DNA of 64,000 bases, taken from Amoebidium appalachense (lineage: Eukaryota > Protista > Ichthyosporea). The notes beneath the pieces are model-generated. The model made no database searches. It was not told the origin of the DNA and saw nothing but the letters and a program-made list of their open reading frames with translations. Position numbers and translations under genes: made by a program. Where the stretch lies: NCBI GenBank assembly GCA_963693365.1, contig CAVNZM010000015.1:2418001-2482000 (forward strand), given 5' to 3'. Position 1 is the first letter of the stretch. Each line of letters starts with the position of its first letter. Shown in pieces: positions 24,396 to 36,650 of this stretch.

Positions 24396-25182
24396 GTGGA
24401 GCACACCTGTGCCTGCTTGTGAGATTGATCCACAGGCACCGGCTCATGTACCCCCTTGCTGGGGCTGGTAAAGACGACGTTGGCATAAGAATATTTAGTT
24501 TGTAAACGTGTTTTCTTTGCAGGAGAATTAGATAGCCCCGTTGGAGTGAAATTGTGTGTTGCGAGTGTGCTGTAAAATTCGTAGTAGTAGCATGGTGTAG
24601 GCCTTGGTGTGTTTGGTGTGTGTGCAAAGTTTCAGGCTGCTAGCATTTTTATTTAGGGAGCTGTAGCTGTTTTTATGTTCTGTGGGATATGCCATATGGA
24701 TATATTGATGAGTTTGAGTTATATCTAGTCCGAAATGGGCGGCAATCGATTTGGTCTTTGTGATCTAGGGGTTTTAGCCACTTGTGAAAAATTTTCATTG
24801 GTTGATGTGCAGCAAAAATTCCATTTTGGTAGATTTCATGGATTTGATAGGTTCTAAGCCATTTCTTCATATTTCCATAGGCAAAAATGTGGGCCGCGCT
24901 ATACAATGAGCTTGCGCGGCCCCAGGGAGGTCAGTTGCGGCGTTACTGAGCGCGTTTAGGTCTCTTTAGGCCCAATTTTTTAGCTAAGTTTTTGCCCACC
25001 CACCACACCCTTTGCCTATTTAGGCACTAGGCTACGTTTTTTGAGCATTTTTCTGTATGACATTTGTCATTCTTTTCATTGCTCCTGTGGAGCACACCTG
25101 TGCCTGCTTGTGAGATTGATCCACAGGCACCAACTCATGTACCCCCTTGCTGGGGCTGGTAAAGACGACGTTGGCATAAGAA
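24396..25182 (+). repeat. 3' terminal array B1-A2-spacer-B2
   Basis: 96-bp B at 24396-24491 and 25087-25182 flanking A2; B1/A2 junction ATAAGAATATTTAG. Confidence 0.95.
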
Positions 25183-26339
25183 GTGAGCTTTTCTGGGCGT
25201 ATCACGCCTTTTGTACCCTCACGTCGCGAGGAGGAACTTCGAGGAGGGTAACAAAATCAAGGCGATATTTAGTTTGTAAACGTGTTTTCTTTGCAGGAGA
25301 ATTAGATAGCCCCGTTGGAGTGAACTTGTGTGTTGCGAGTGTGCTGTAAAATTGATGGTAGTAATATGTTGTAGGCCTTGGTGAATTTGATGTGTGTGCA
25401 AAGTTTCAGGCTGCTAGCATTTTTATTTAGGGAGCTGAAGTTGTTTTTTTGTTCTGTGGGATATGCCATATGGATATATTGATGTGTGAGTTATATCTAG
25501 TCCGAAATGGGCGGCAATTGATTTGGTCTTTGTGATCTAGGGGATTTAGCCACTTGTAAAAAAAATTTCATTGGTTGATGTGCAGCAAAAATTCCATTTT
25601 GGTAGATTTCATGGATTTGATAGGTTCTAAGAGGATTCCCTCTATTTTGGCAAGTCGGACATGGACAACCAGTTCCATCGTCTTCTTGCCCCCGAGTGGC
25701 TGTGGCGGTACTTCGGATTGCCGCCTGTGTCTTCGAAGGCTGTTGCCCTTTCTGGGCCCGACCGGCTTGTGTACCCGGCCCTCAAGACCGTGCCCATGGG
25801 CTGGGTGCATTGTGTGCTTGTGGCTCAAGACGTCCATGGGCAACTAGTTGGCTGACCGAGCTGGCATGCCCCGCATTGAGTGCCCCTGTGCGATAGTGCC
25901 GCGGCCTGTGGAGGCCACGCAGCATGCCCTGTATGTGGACGACTGTGGCTGGTTCGGCACAGATGCCACCGCCATCAATCGTCAGCGTGAATCGTATCAT
26001 GGCGTCACCGACCCGGCTGGTCTTCCCTCCAACGTCAAGAAGGATGTGGCTGTTGGTTCGTCGTCCTCTATGGTGCTGCTAGGCCTTGAAATGCATTGCT
26101 CTGGGATTTTGCGCCCGTCTCGTGCTTCCTTGTGCCGTCTGGTGGCGGAAACCCAGGCCGTGTTGGGTCGTGGTGTCGTCACGCAGCTCCGTTTGCAGCA
26201 GTTGCTTGGTGGTTGGGTGTGGGCGGCACTGCTGCAGCGGGCCGCTTTTGTCGGTTCTGAGTGCCGTCTACAGTTTTGTGGAGCAGCTGGGGCGTCGGGA
26301 ACAGCCCCTTCCACCACCCGTGGTGTGGGAGCTTCAGGC

Positions 26340-27755
26340 AATGGTTCGTTTTTAAACGGGTTTTCTTTGAGGAACGGCCGCAGCCACGACGACGAAGTGA
26401 CATGTGGAATTCGAACTGCCAGCTACTTTGCATTCCGATTGGTTAGTCTCTAGGTATGGCTTAGCCAATCACTTCTCTGTACGTAAATGTAAGTGCAATG
26501 ATTGGTCCTGTTTAAGTTTAGCCATATTTGGTCTTTACATTCCCCTGTAGCCAATCGGATGTTGTGAGCCATATCCTGCGTGTATATAAACCGCTAGCCC
26601 GCAGATTCGTAGGCCTCTCAGTCGCTGGCACTGCTCCTGAGCAGAATGTGTCCTTAGTCTAGCAAGTTGGCAGGGCCTCCTGAGGCCCGTAAACGGTTGT
26701 TTTCTCTAGTTAAGTATTTTGTTTTACACCGTTTATGCTGCCATGGCGTCGCGACTCTTCACGTGCAGCACTGCCCCTCGACACAGCTGTCCGCCTGGCC
26801 CCTTGCTGGCTTAAACTGACTTCTGGCGATGGCCATGTTGGCTTCACACCCTTGTTCCGCCACTCTGACGCTCTGCCCCCCCACACGTTTCGGCCCTGGC
26901 CTGCCTTTTGGCAACCTATTTTCGTTTTGGGACGTCTCCTTAGCCGTCCTCGCCCTCGACTCTTCAGTCCCTGGGCGGCTGTTTGGTTCTGTACGCGCGG
27001 GTTAACACTCAGCATGCGAGCGTTCCAACCAGTTGTCCGCTCTGCCTGTTTATTTGCAAACATTTTTGATACGGCGCCCTTTGCATTGCGCCAGCATGGG
27101 AGGTGTGGAGAGCACATGTGTTTGTGTGTGCAGCCTAGGCATCTACACACGACACAGCAAGTAATCTATCCCCTTGCTGGGGCGAGTAAAGAGTGACGGC
27201 ACAAGAATGGTTCGTTTTTAAACGGGGTTTCTTTGAGGAACGGCCGCAGCCACGACGACGAAGTGACATGTGGAATTCGAACTGCCAGCTACTTTGCATT
27301 CCGATTGGTTAGTCTCTAGGTATGGCTTAGCCAATCACTTCTCTGTACGTAAATGTAAGTGCAATGATTGGTCCTGTTTAAGTTTAGCCATATTTGGTCT
27401 TTACATTCCCCTGTAGCCAATCGGATGTTGTGAGCCATATCCTGCGTGTATATAAACCGCTAGCCCGCAGATTCGTAGGCCTCTCAGTCGCTGGCACTGC
27501 TCCTGAGCAGAATGTGTCCTTAGTCTAGCAAGTTGGCAGGGCCTCCTGAGGCCCGTAAACGGTTGTTTTCTCTAGTTAAGTATTTTGTTTTTCCCGCCCA
27601 CCCTCCCTTGAGTGACTGTGGTGATGGCCTGCCATCTAAAATGTGTCTCCTTGGAGAGCACATGTGTTTGTGTGTGCAGCCTAGGCATCTACACACGACA
27701 CAGCAAGTAATCTATCCCCTTGCTGGGGCGAGTAAAGAGTGACGGCACAAGAATG
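26340..27755 (+). mobile_element. 1.4-kb miniature non-autonomous split-direct-repeat element (A'1-internal-B'1-A'2-spacer-B'2)
   Basis: A' 386 bp at 26340-26725 and 27206-27591; B' 104 bp at 27106-27209 and 27652-27755; interrupts RT cleanly at CAGGC-AATG-TGTGC; no RT/YR coding. Confidence 0.93.
26437..26625 (+). promoter_or_regulatory. CCAAT-rich TATA/initiator promoter in mini-element A'
   Basis: Four CCAAT/ATTGG boxes in alternating orientation, TATATAAA at 26583, TCAGT at 26618; repeated in A'2. Confidence 0.6.
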
Positions 27756-29192
27756 TGTGCTTTGGCCCCGTTGATGCGTTGTGATTTGCGTTCTGGGTTT
27801 GCTAGCACCATGTTCTGCACTGATGCTTCCTTGTTGGGTGGTGCAGTGGTGTCCCGGGTTCTTCCAGGAGCGCTTCTCCGCCAAGTGCTGCCTCACTGCA
27901 ACCGGCGTGGCCACCACAGCCAGCTGTCTGGTCCCGTGCACGAGCCAAGCCCGTCCGCCCCCCCGGCACCTATCCTGGCAGCTATTGGTGGCCGGTGGAC
28001 AATCAACATCAGTCATCGTTGGTGCCACTCCGACCACATCAACATTCTGGAGGGAGAAGCCTTGCTCCTGGGGTTTCGTCGATTAGGTCGGTCTACGGCT
28101 GCCTACCTTTGGGGCCTTGATTCGACGGCGGCGCTGCTTGGGGCTGTTGCTAAGGGTCGTTCAGCATCCTGTCGCCTTAACTGTGTAGGTGGCTGCCTAC
28201 ATGCTTGCCCTCGACATTCGTTTGTATTGTGTGAGGCTGCCGTCAGCCCACAATCCTACAGATGGTCCCTCGCGGTTTTCTGGCTGACCAGGCCATAAAG
28301 CCCCCAACCCTCAAGGCCTACCGGGATGCTGTTGTTGAGTTCCTGGATTGGTTGCCCCCTGGCATCGACACCAAGTCCCCCGCCAAACTGGACGACCTCC
28401 TGGTGGAGTATTTTGAGGAGTGTTATGCCAAGTTCCAAGCGGCATGTGACTCCCTCGGCCTCAACGAGTATGTGTTCCATCTTCACAGTCTTCGCCATGG
28501 TGGTGCCTCGAGAAACTACGTCAGGGATGTTTCGGTAGAGACGATTGCTCTGCGTCACGGAGGTCGGTGGAGATCGCATGCCTCCCTCCGCCGGTATGTG
28601 CAGACCGGCCAGTCTCTTGTTCTTTCTATTCGGGTGCCTGCGTCGCTCCTTGCCCGGGCTGCAGCGCTGCCTCAGTCACCCACGGCATGGTTCGTTCCTT
28701 CCCGTGCCAGATAGGGAGTGGTGGAGCACACCTGTGCCTGCTTGTGAGATTGATCCACAGGCACCGACTCATGACATGTATCCCCTTGCTGGGGCTGGTA
28801 AAGACGACGATTGCATAAGAATAGTTTGTAAACGTGTTTTCTTTGCAGGAGAATTAGATAGCCCCGTTGGAGTGAAATTGTGTGTTGCGAGTGTGCTATA
28901 AAATTCGTAGTAGTAGTATGTTGTAGGCCTTCGTGTGTTTGATGTGTGTGCAAAGTTTCAGGCTGCTAGCATTTTTATTTAGGGAGCTGTAGCTGTTTTT
29001 TTTTCTGTGGGATATGCCATCATGATATGGATATATTGATGAGTGTGAGTTTATCTAGTCCAAAATGAGCGGCAATTGATTTGGTCTTTGTGATCTAGGG
29101 GTTTTAGCCACTTGTGAAAAATTTTCATTGGTTGATGTGCAGCAAAAATTCCATTTTGGTAGATTTCATGGATACGATAGGTTCTAAGTCAT

Positions 29193-30365
29193 TTCTTATG
29201 CCAACGTCGTCTTTACCAGTCCCAGCAAGGGGGTACATGAGCCGGTGAGACTGGGCAACAGGCTTGCACTTGGGCAGAAAGCGCCTGCAGCTGCTCTTGG
29301 ACGTCTACACCGTCAGAACGCCGCTGGGGGGAGGGCGACCCAGGTGGGGGGGAGGCACGGCCGCTGCGAGGAGTGCGACAGAGCAAGTGCAGCTGGTCGG
29401 TGACTTTCCAACCAACCATCTCAGGGTCATCAAAAGCCATCGAGCGCGCCTTGAGGGCTGAAACCACACTGTTGACGGTTTCTGCCGGCAGGCTGTTCCA
29501 GGGGAGGGTGTTGGACTGCAAAACGGCCAGACTTTTGAGACTTGCGTCGTCCGCATCGGTAGAGATCTCCAAAAGCTTTTCGAGGAGAGCGGCCCCCTTG
29601 GCGACCAGAGCAGGAGGAGGGGCCATTGCAATGCACACAAACCAGACTAGAGCACGAAAACTTGAAAACGAAGACTGGAAAATGCAAAAACACGGGAAAA
29701 CCGACACCGCAAAAAACGTCCGAAAACCAGCTAAAACGCAACGGCGCGCACGCAAAACTCTTACCAGATGCTGCCGAAGCTAAGCGCGCGCTCCTGGGCA
29801 AAAAAAACTAGAGAAAAAACGAACAACAGCGCGAAAAACGGGGACTAGAGTTGCAAAAACTTAGCTAAAAAAATTGGGCCTAAAGAGACCTAAACGCGCT
29901 CTCAGTAGCGCCGGAACTGACCTCCCTGGGGCCGCGCAAGCTCATTATATAGCGCGGCCCACATTTTTGCCTATGGAAATATGAAGAAATGACTTAGAAC
30001 CTATCAAATCCATGAAATCTACCAAAATGGAATTTTTGCTGCAAATCAACCAATGAAAAATTTTCACAAGTGGCTAAAACCCCTAGATCACAAAGACCAA
30101 ATCGATTGCCGCCCATTTCGGACTAGATATAACTTACACTCATCAATATATCCATATGTCATATCCCACAGAACATAAAAACAGCTACAGCTCCCTAAAT
30201 AAAAATGCTAGCAGCCTGAAACTTTGCACACACATCAAACACACCAAGGCCTACACCATGCTACTACTACGAATTTTACAGCACACTCGCAACACACAAT
30301 TTCACTCCAACGGGGCTATCTAATTCTCCTGCAAAGAAAACACGTTTACAAACTAAATATTCTTC
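29193..30365 (-). mobile_element. 1.17-kb deletion derivative (A1 + 5' gag + last ~55 bp of B) nested in A2 of the host copy
   Basis: Both termini precise; TTCTT on both sides; host A sequence resumes at 30366. Confidence 0.9.
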
Positions 30366-30844
30366 GCCATAGGCAAAAATGTGGGCTGCGCTATATAATG
30401 AGCTTGCGCGGCCCCAGGGAGGTCAGTTGCGGCGCTACTGAGCGCGTTTAGGTCTCTTTAGGCCCAATTGTTTAGCTAAGTTTTTTTGCCCACCCACCAC
30501 ACCCTTGCCTATTTAGGCACTAGGCTACGTTTTTTGAGCATGTTTCTGTATGACATTTGTCATTCTGTTCATTGCTCCTGTGGAGCACACCTGTGCCTGC
30601 TTGTGAGATTGATCCACAGGCACCGGCTCATGTATCCCCTTGCTGGGGCTGGTAAAGATGACGTTGGCATAAGAATAGAGAATTTGGCAACCGGAAATCT
30701 GTACATTAGATTTTGCTTGACTCCGTATATTGCGATTGCGGAATGCAGTGTTTAGCAACCTGGGTGCCGGCCGTTTTAATTTGTTCTGGTAACGCGATTT
30801 TACAGAGAACCCTTGCACCCTCAGCCATACCAATTTGTGGAGTT

Positions 30845-30936
<92 letters not shown>

Positions 30937-31498
30937 TGTGTGTGTGTGTGAATGTGCATGTGCGACAGTGTGTGCCAGTGACTGTGCGTGCACGTGTGTG
31001 TGTGTGTGTGTGTGCCAAATGTTAACAGTGTGTGTTTTTGCAATTTGGGGGGAGGGGAGGGGGAGGGGGGGGGGGGGGAGCAACTGTGATGGTGTTACCG
31101 AACTGTTACTTGAAAGCGGCCAGGGAAGGAGAGAGTGTGACCTGTGCAATGAACTAATGTGGGGGAGGAGAAGGGGACGGCAGGGAGGGAAGGGCGGGGG
31201 GAGAGAAGGAGCCTGCATGTACAGAGTTAATGTTAGCCGAGTATGCCACGTGTGTGTGTGTGCTCGCCCACGCGTGTGTGCAGTGTGTGTGGCCAAGTGT
31301 GCGCTTTTTTCAGGCGTGCGGCAGAGGGGGGAGGGGGGGGGGGACACTGTGGATGGTTGCACCGTACTCTTAGTAGCTTGGGGGTGGCTGGGGAGGAGAG
31401 AGTATGACATGTGCAGTGAACCAGTTGGGGGTGGGGTAAGGGGGGAACCTCAGCGGCGTTTGCGAAGTTAAAAGCTGCTGTGTTGTTGTCACCGTGTG

Positions 31499-31578
<80 letters not shown>

Positions 31579-31860
31579 ATGGTGTGTGTGTTGACATGTG
31601 TGTGGCCGTGTGCAGTGGGTGGGTGGTGTGTGTGCTTGTGTGTGGTGATTGTATGTGTGTGTGTGTGTGTGTGGGTGTGTGTAGGTGTGTGTGTGTGTGT
31701 GTGTATGTGTGTGTTTGTGTGTGTGTGTGTGTCTGTGTGGTGTATGTGTCAAGTTTTGTGGGATAGTATGTGTGTAGGTGTGTGTGTGTGTGTAGGGGTG
31801 TGTGTGTGTGTGTGTGTGTGGGTGTCTGTGTGTGGGTGGGTGGGTGGGTGGGTGCAGTGG
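30845..31860. repeat. (TG)n microsatellite-rich low-complexity tract
   Basis: Long perfect and degenerate TG runs. Confidence 0.9.
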
Positions 31861-31926
31861 GCGCGCGCATTAAATGGGTGCAAAACTAAAATGCCGCCCC
31901 ACAAAACTAGTGGATCAAAATACAAA

Positions 31927-32590
31927 TCAAAATACGAGGGACGGACCATCGGTAGGGTTGCTGGCCGAAAAAAGCCGGAGCCAATAGAGACGGATATCGA
32001 GGGCCAGCGAATAAGCCGCCACTTGGCGGCAAACACGATTCAGGCGATGGGAGGCCGAGCGGCCCTTGGCTACAGCACCCAGGAGTGCGGTTGCCGCAGT
32101 GAGTCCAGACTCCACACGTAGCGGCGGCTGCGGGCTGAGCAGGAACGGCCCAAGCGTCGCAAATCAAGCAGCAGACTCTCTCCTTTCAGAACGTTGATGT
32201 GGTCATCGTAGCGCCGGCGGTGGCTGATGCTGGTGCTCCAACGGCCCGCAGTAAGGGCAGCCAAGACAGAGGCAGGGGGGGGCAGGGACACAGGGCTGGG
32301 TGTCTGGCGTGGAAGCCAGAGTCACGGTGGTGTAGTGGCCGCCGCAACGGTTGCAGAAGGGCAGAAAGAACATCCTGGAGAAGACCAGAGGGCAACACAC
32401 GGGAAACCATGGCACCACTCACTTTGGAGGCGTCCGAGCAGAACATGGTGGGTGCAAAGGCCGAGTGCAGGTCGCAGCGCAGGAGAGGTACGAAGTCACG
32501 GTCACATAGAGTTTTGAGCTCCCAAGCAACCGCGGGCGGAAGGGGAAGCGCCCTGGGACCACAACAGGCACTCAGTCGGTAGGCGGCAGA
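31927..32590 (-). mobile_element. Old, divergent YR-retrotransposon RT/RNaseH remnant
   Basis: MFCSDAS, DHINVLKGESLLL, LLGAVAKGRSAS, SNPTDGPS spread over several frames. Confidence 0.85.
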
Positions 32591-33083
32591 TCCTTTATGT
32601 ATTATTTAATTCGAATGAAGTGCAGCTCTTTATGCATATGCAGGCACAAATATGCCGGGTACGGTCCATGTTGCATCATGCATGCTCGGCCCTGGAACAA
32701 GATACTGTGCACTTTTCACGTCACCACAGAGACGAGTCGCCTATTTTTATATAGCAAACTATAATCCTTGTGTATCTCTATTCCGATGGTAAATGCGGTA
32801 CCGGTGCACCGGTGCCTTACGTTTACACCTCAGACTCTGTCTGGAACTTGAAATTGCTGTTATCTTCAAGGTGCTTGGAATGACGAGGATCCGGGTTTCA
32901 GATGCCATCAGCGGCTCAGCCCCGCGCCGCGCGCACGCGTATACGTATACGTACGGCATGCCATTTTATTGCGATCGATATCATGATCGCGCCGCCCCCG
33001 CAGTGCCCCCCCCCCCCCCCCCCCCAGTATATATAATACAGGCCATGCACTCACCCCGGCGCACAGTGAAGCTTACACACACA

Positions 33084-33139
<56 letters not shown>

Positions 33140-35553
33140 CAGTAACATGACCGTACGCAGTCCATGCGTCACACATCTGTACACAGATACATACACATGT
33201 CTATATACACGGTATCTGCACAAACACAATGACTGTCACACACACACACACACACGCACACACACATGTACGCACAGACACACACACACACGCACACACA
33301 CAAACATAGACACACACAAACACACACGCGCCGCATGCATTATCCCACCCCAGTCCACTCAAATAGAGCCTGGCTTGGGCATCATATATCTTCGCGCCGG
33401 TGCAATTCAGATATGATCGACAGTGGTCATGATTTTGGCTGTGGGCTCAAATTTACATAGTAAAAGAGAGCCCGCGAAACTTACGCTTTCATAGTGACAA
33501 CTCATTTAAACCACTACGTTTTTGAGATCTACATCTCACGTTCTACAAGTATCTTTTTTTGTTTTTTTTTCCCCTTTAAAAATACATAATTTACTAGTAG
33601 AGTAGAAAAAAAGCCACTTTGTTGAAAAATGGGCAGTGGAACACTGGTGACCATAAATTTCCAGCTCAAACACTGATGATGCTTCCCTGAGTCATGACCA
33701 TGTATGTACGGTCTTTCAACTTGTGATAGAACAAAATGCCGTGCCTTCCGTGACGAGAAGATACCATTCCGTTACAGTTACAGTGTATTGCCCCTACTTT
33801 TATATCAAACAGCCACGGTGGCTAGGTCACAATAATTAGCTATATATATTTTATAGTTCAATTCAAATTTGACACCAGAACAATGTGATGATTGGATGCC
33901 TGGCCAGTCTGAGAGTGATATCAGTTGTCATCTGGTGGCAAGAGTTATCTAAACCAACAGCTAAACCAACAGATATATCCGAATAAAACATCTGTGCTTA
34001 CGTTTCGCTAACAAACAAATTACTGAGTACCTTCTGATAGAGCAATAAAGAAAAAAAAAATTCAAGAGAAGGACTGACGGCACATGAGTCTCCTCGTCAG
34101 TTTAGCATGATGCCCTTGCTTCACACGCATTGCCATTTTTGAGCCTGGCCGTAGTAGTCAGAATTCCAGTTCCAGTCATGCCCATGATGACAGACCTACT
34201 GGAAACTGGGTGCTGCCAAACAAAAAAGGAAATAAGAAAAGAGATGAAGCTCCGCATACATTAGGCAAAGGACTTATGGGACTTCCATTTCCCCGGCTAA
34301 GTGGTCGCGCAATGAACAGTCTGCCTGGGTAAGAATTTTAAAGGCTCTGCCGATTCTGATTGTCACACGGCAATCAAGTTGACGCAGGAAGACGCAGCAA
34401 CAGTTAGGCAACTGTCGCCGTGTGCCATTCCTTCGCTTGCCACCCCATAGTCGAAGGCTACGATCAAGGGGTTTTCATGATGCAATGGGTCTCAAACAAA
34501 GTTTTTTAACAAAGGGCCACCTTCTCTTTAGGTAAATATTAGTGCCAACTAGCTTAAGAGTGAGTCGGTACCATAACTAATCTGGTGTGTAGCTGGGTTC
34601 CTTTCGCCCGCGCCTTCTCTGAGACTGCCTCAAACTTTCCTTACACACACACGTAGTACCCACCCACCCACCCCGCACAAACACCGCACATACCCACCCA
34701 CCAGAACACACAAACCCACCCATCCACCCATCCACCAGAAACACACACACCCCTGCCCACCCGACCTAATATGTGGTTCGTTTTGGCGGAGGTACACTGC
34801 TAGCGAGGCCGCCGGCCGAGGACCGCATTTCATCGAAAAAGAGATATAGATTTTCCTGATAGTCAGCCAATCAGTCGGATTGCAGGCACATGTGCGCATC
34901 GGCCAAAACTGTTGATTGGCCACACACTCTAAATGATCTGACTCAACCAATCACAGCACAACCGATAACAAGCCCTTTTTGGTTCTGTTTTTGAAAGGCT
35001 GAATAAAAGGTAATTTTACTAAGCTGGACTTTTCTTCACCTCTAGAGCTAATGAGAATGTCCCGTGAAAAATACAACAGGCTTTAAATAGAACCAAGTCA
35101 TGTTAGCAGAGAACATTTGTTGATTTCGCTAAAAAAATTGTGCGAATTAATTGGCTTACTATATACGTAGATATCTTCATATATGTGTTTTTCAAAGTGT
35201 AGAAAACCTATATTTCTATAGGAAATCAAAAATGTCTGTGCTAATAATACTTAAAAGATATAATAATAGTTTTTGCAGCCTTAAATATACCGTTTTTGTA
35301 ATCCGTTAGTTTAGAAAGGCCAGCTATTCACACCCCCTTTTGATACCGGGATCACGTGCAGCTCCGCCAAAATGGCCGGGGTATTAGATAGGGTGGCCCC
35401 GGAGTATTGTTTTGTGCATGTGCCTAATGCCAAACACTCAGAAGGAGATTCCCATTCGACGGGTTCAACAGGTGCCAAGACTTTACCATCAGGACACAAC
35501 TACACACCACAGGCACCCACCCCGTGACCCCCTCCCCCTCCCCCCCAACAAAC

Positions 35554-35629
<76 letters not shown>

Positions 35630-35703
35630 ACCCACCCACCCACCCACCCACCCACACACCGTGATCCCCCCCCCCCCCCCCCCCCCCCCCCCCGAGGCTC
35701 CCC

Positions 35704-35766
<63 letters not shown>

Positions 35767-35824
35767 GGCACCCAGGCACCCACACACCCAGGCACCCAGG
35801 CATCCACACATCGACTAGTTGGCA

Positions 35825-35856
<32 letters not shown>

Positions 35857-36650
35857 CACACCCATCGACTACTGGGTGTACAGGTGCCAGTGTTGACTGC
35901 CAGACAGTGAGGGTTAAACCTGTTGCTTGAGCACACCAGGTACGCCTTTATTACCAGAGAATCTATAAAATGTGTTTTGAAGGCTAACCTATAAAACATA
36001 ATTAATAAAGACTTTATACCCAGCTAGGCTAAAATATGCAAGGGTCTGCTGCAGACCAAACATGAGCGTTTCTAGTTCCTACTTACTCGAGCTCAGCTTT
36101 AGTAATCATTGGCTGGACACAATATTATATTAGCACCAGAGACCATTGCATACTTGCAACCTATGGGCATTGGAAACGTACATACGCATCAAAAGACAAA
36201 CAGGTACAAATTTCATGTCGTGTTGCGGACCATCCACTGTTGGCAAACCCTTGTGTTGAATACACATGACAGTTGAAAGTCGCAATCATTATGGCATACT
36301 TGTGCATAATGGCTGGTGGCCCCCTCATTGGATTGGGGCTCTGAACTACAACCCGCACCATGGCTACGGGGTACGGAAAAAACCAAATTACTCCAACAAG
36401 GAGCATAATGATCACAACAGGGCACACAATAGATCAAACAGCAATGCATCGGAGTACACTGGGCCATACACACGGCCAGCACAACCTACCAAGTGTGCAC
36501 TGCAGGTCGACCAGCAGGGATGATGGCTCCCAACACCAGCCTACCGTCCAACCATGCCTGCACATGCCGTCTGCAAGGCCACCAATGCACCACCCACCAT
36601 GCTGTGTCTTATAGACTGCACCTAGCGCCGCAGCAGCGAAGGCAGGGCAC

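Larger units (their letters stand above)
19562..25182 (+). mobile_element. Structurally complete 5.6-kb tyrosine-recombinase retrotransposon (DIRS order, Ngaro/PAT-type split direct repeats)
   Basis: A1 19562-20068, gag, RT/RNaseH, YR, B1 24396-24491, A2 24490-24995, 91-bp spacer, B2 25087-25182; no DDE integrase, no protease, no conventional TSD. Confidence 0.96.
25265..30675 (+). mobile_element. Internally deleted YR retrotransposon copy hosting two nested insertions
   Basis: Partial A1 joined at ~25631 to mid-RT; RH; YR deleted at ~28428; B1; A2 (interrupted 29193-30365); spacer; B2 ending at 30675. Confidence 0.92.

Noticed and set aside
32600-36400. AT-rich spacer with CCAAT clusters and short ORFs
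   Set aside because: No recognisable coding motif, terminal repeats or RNA gene could be supported by eye.
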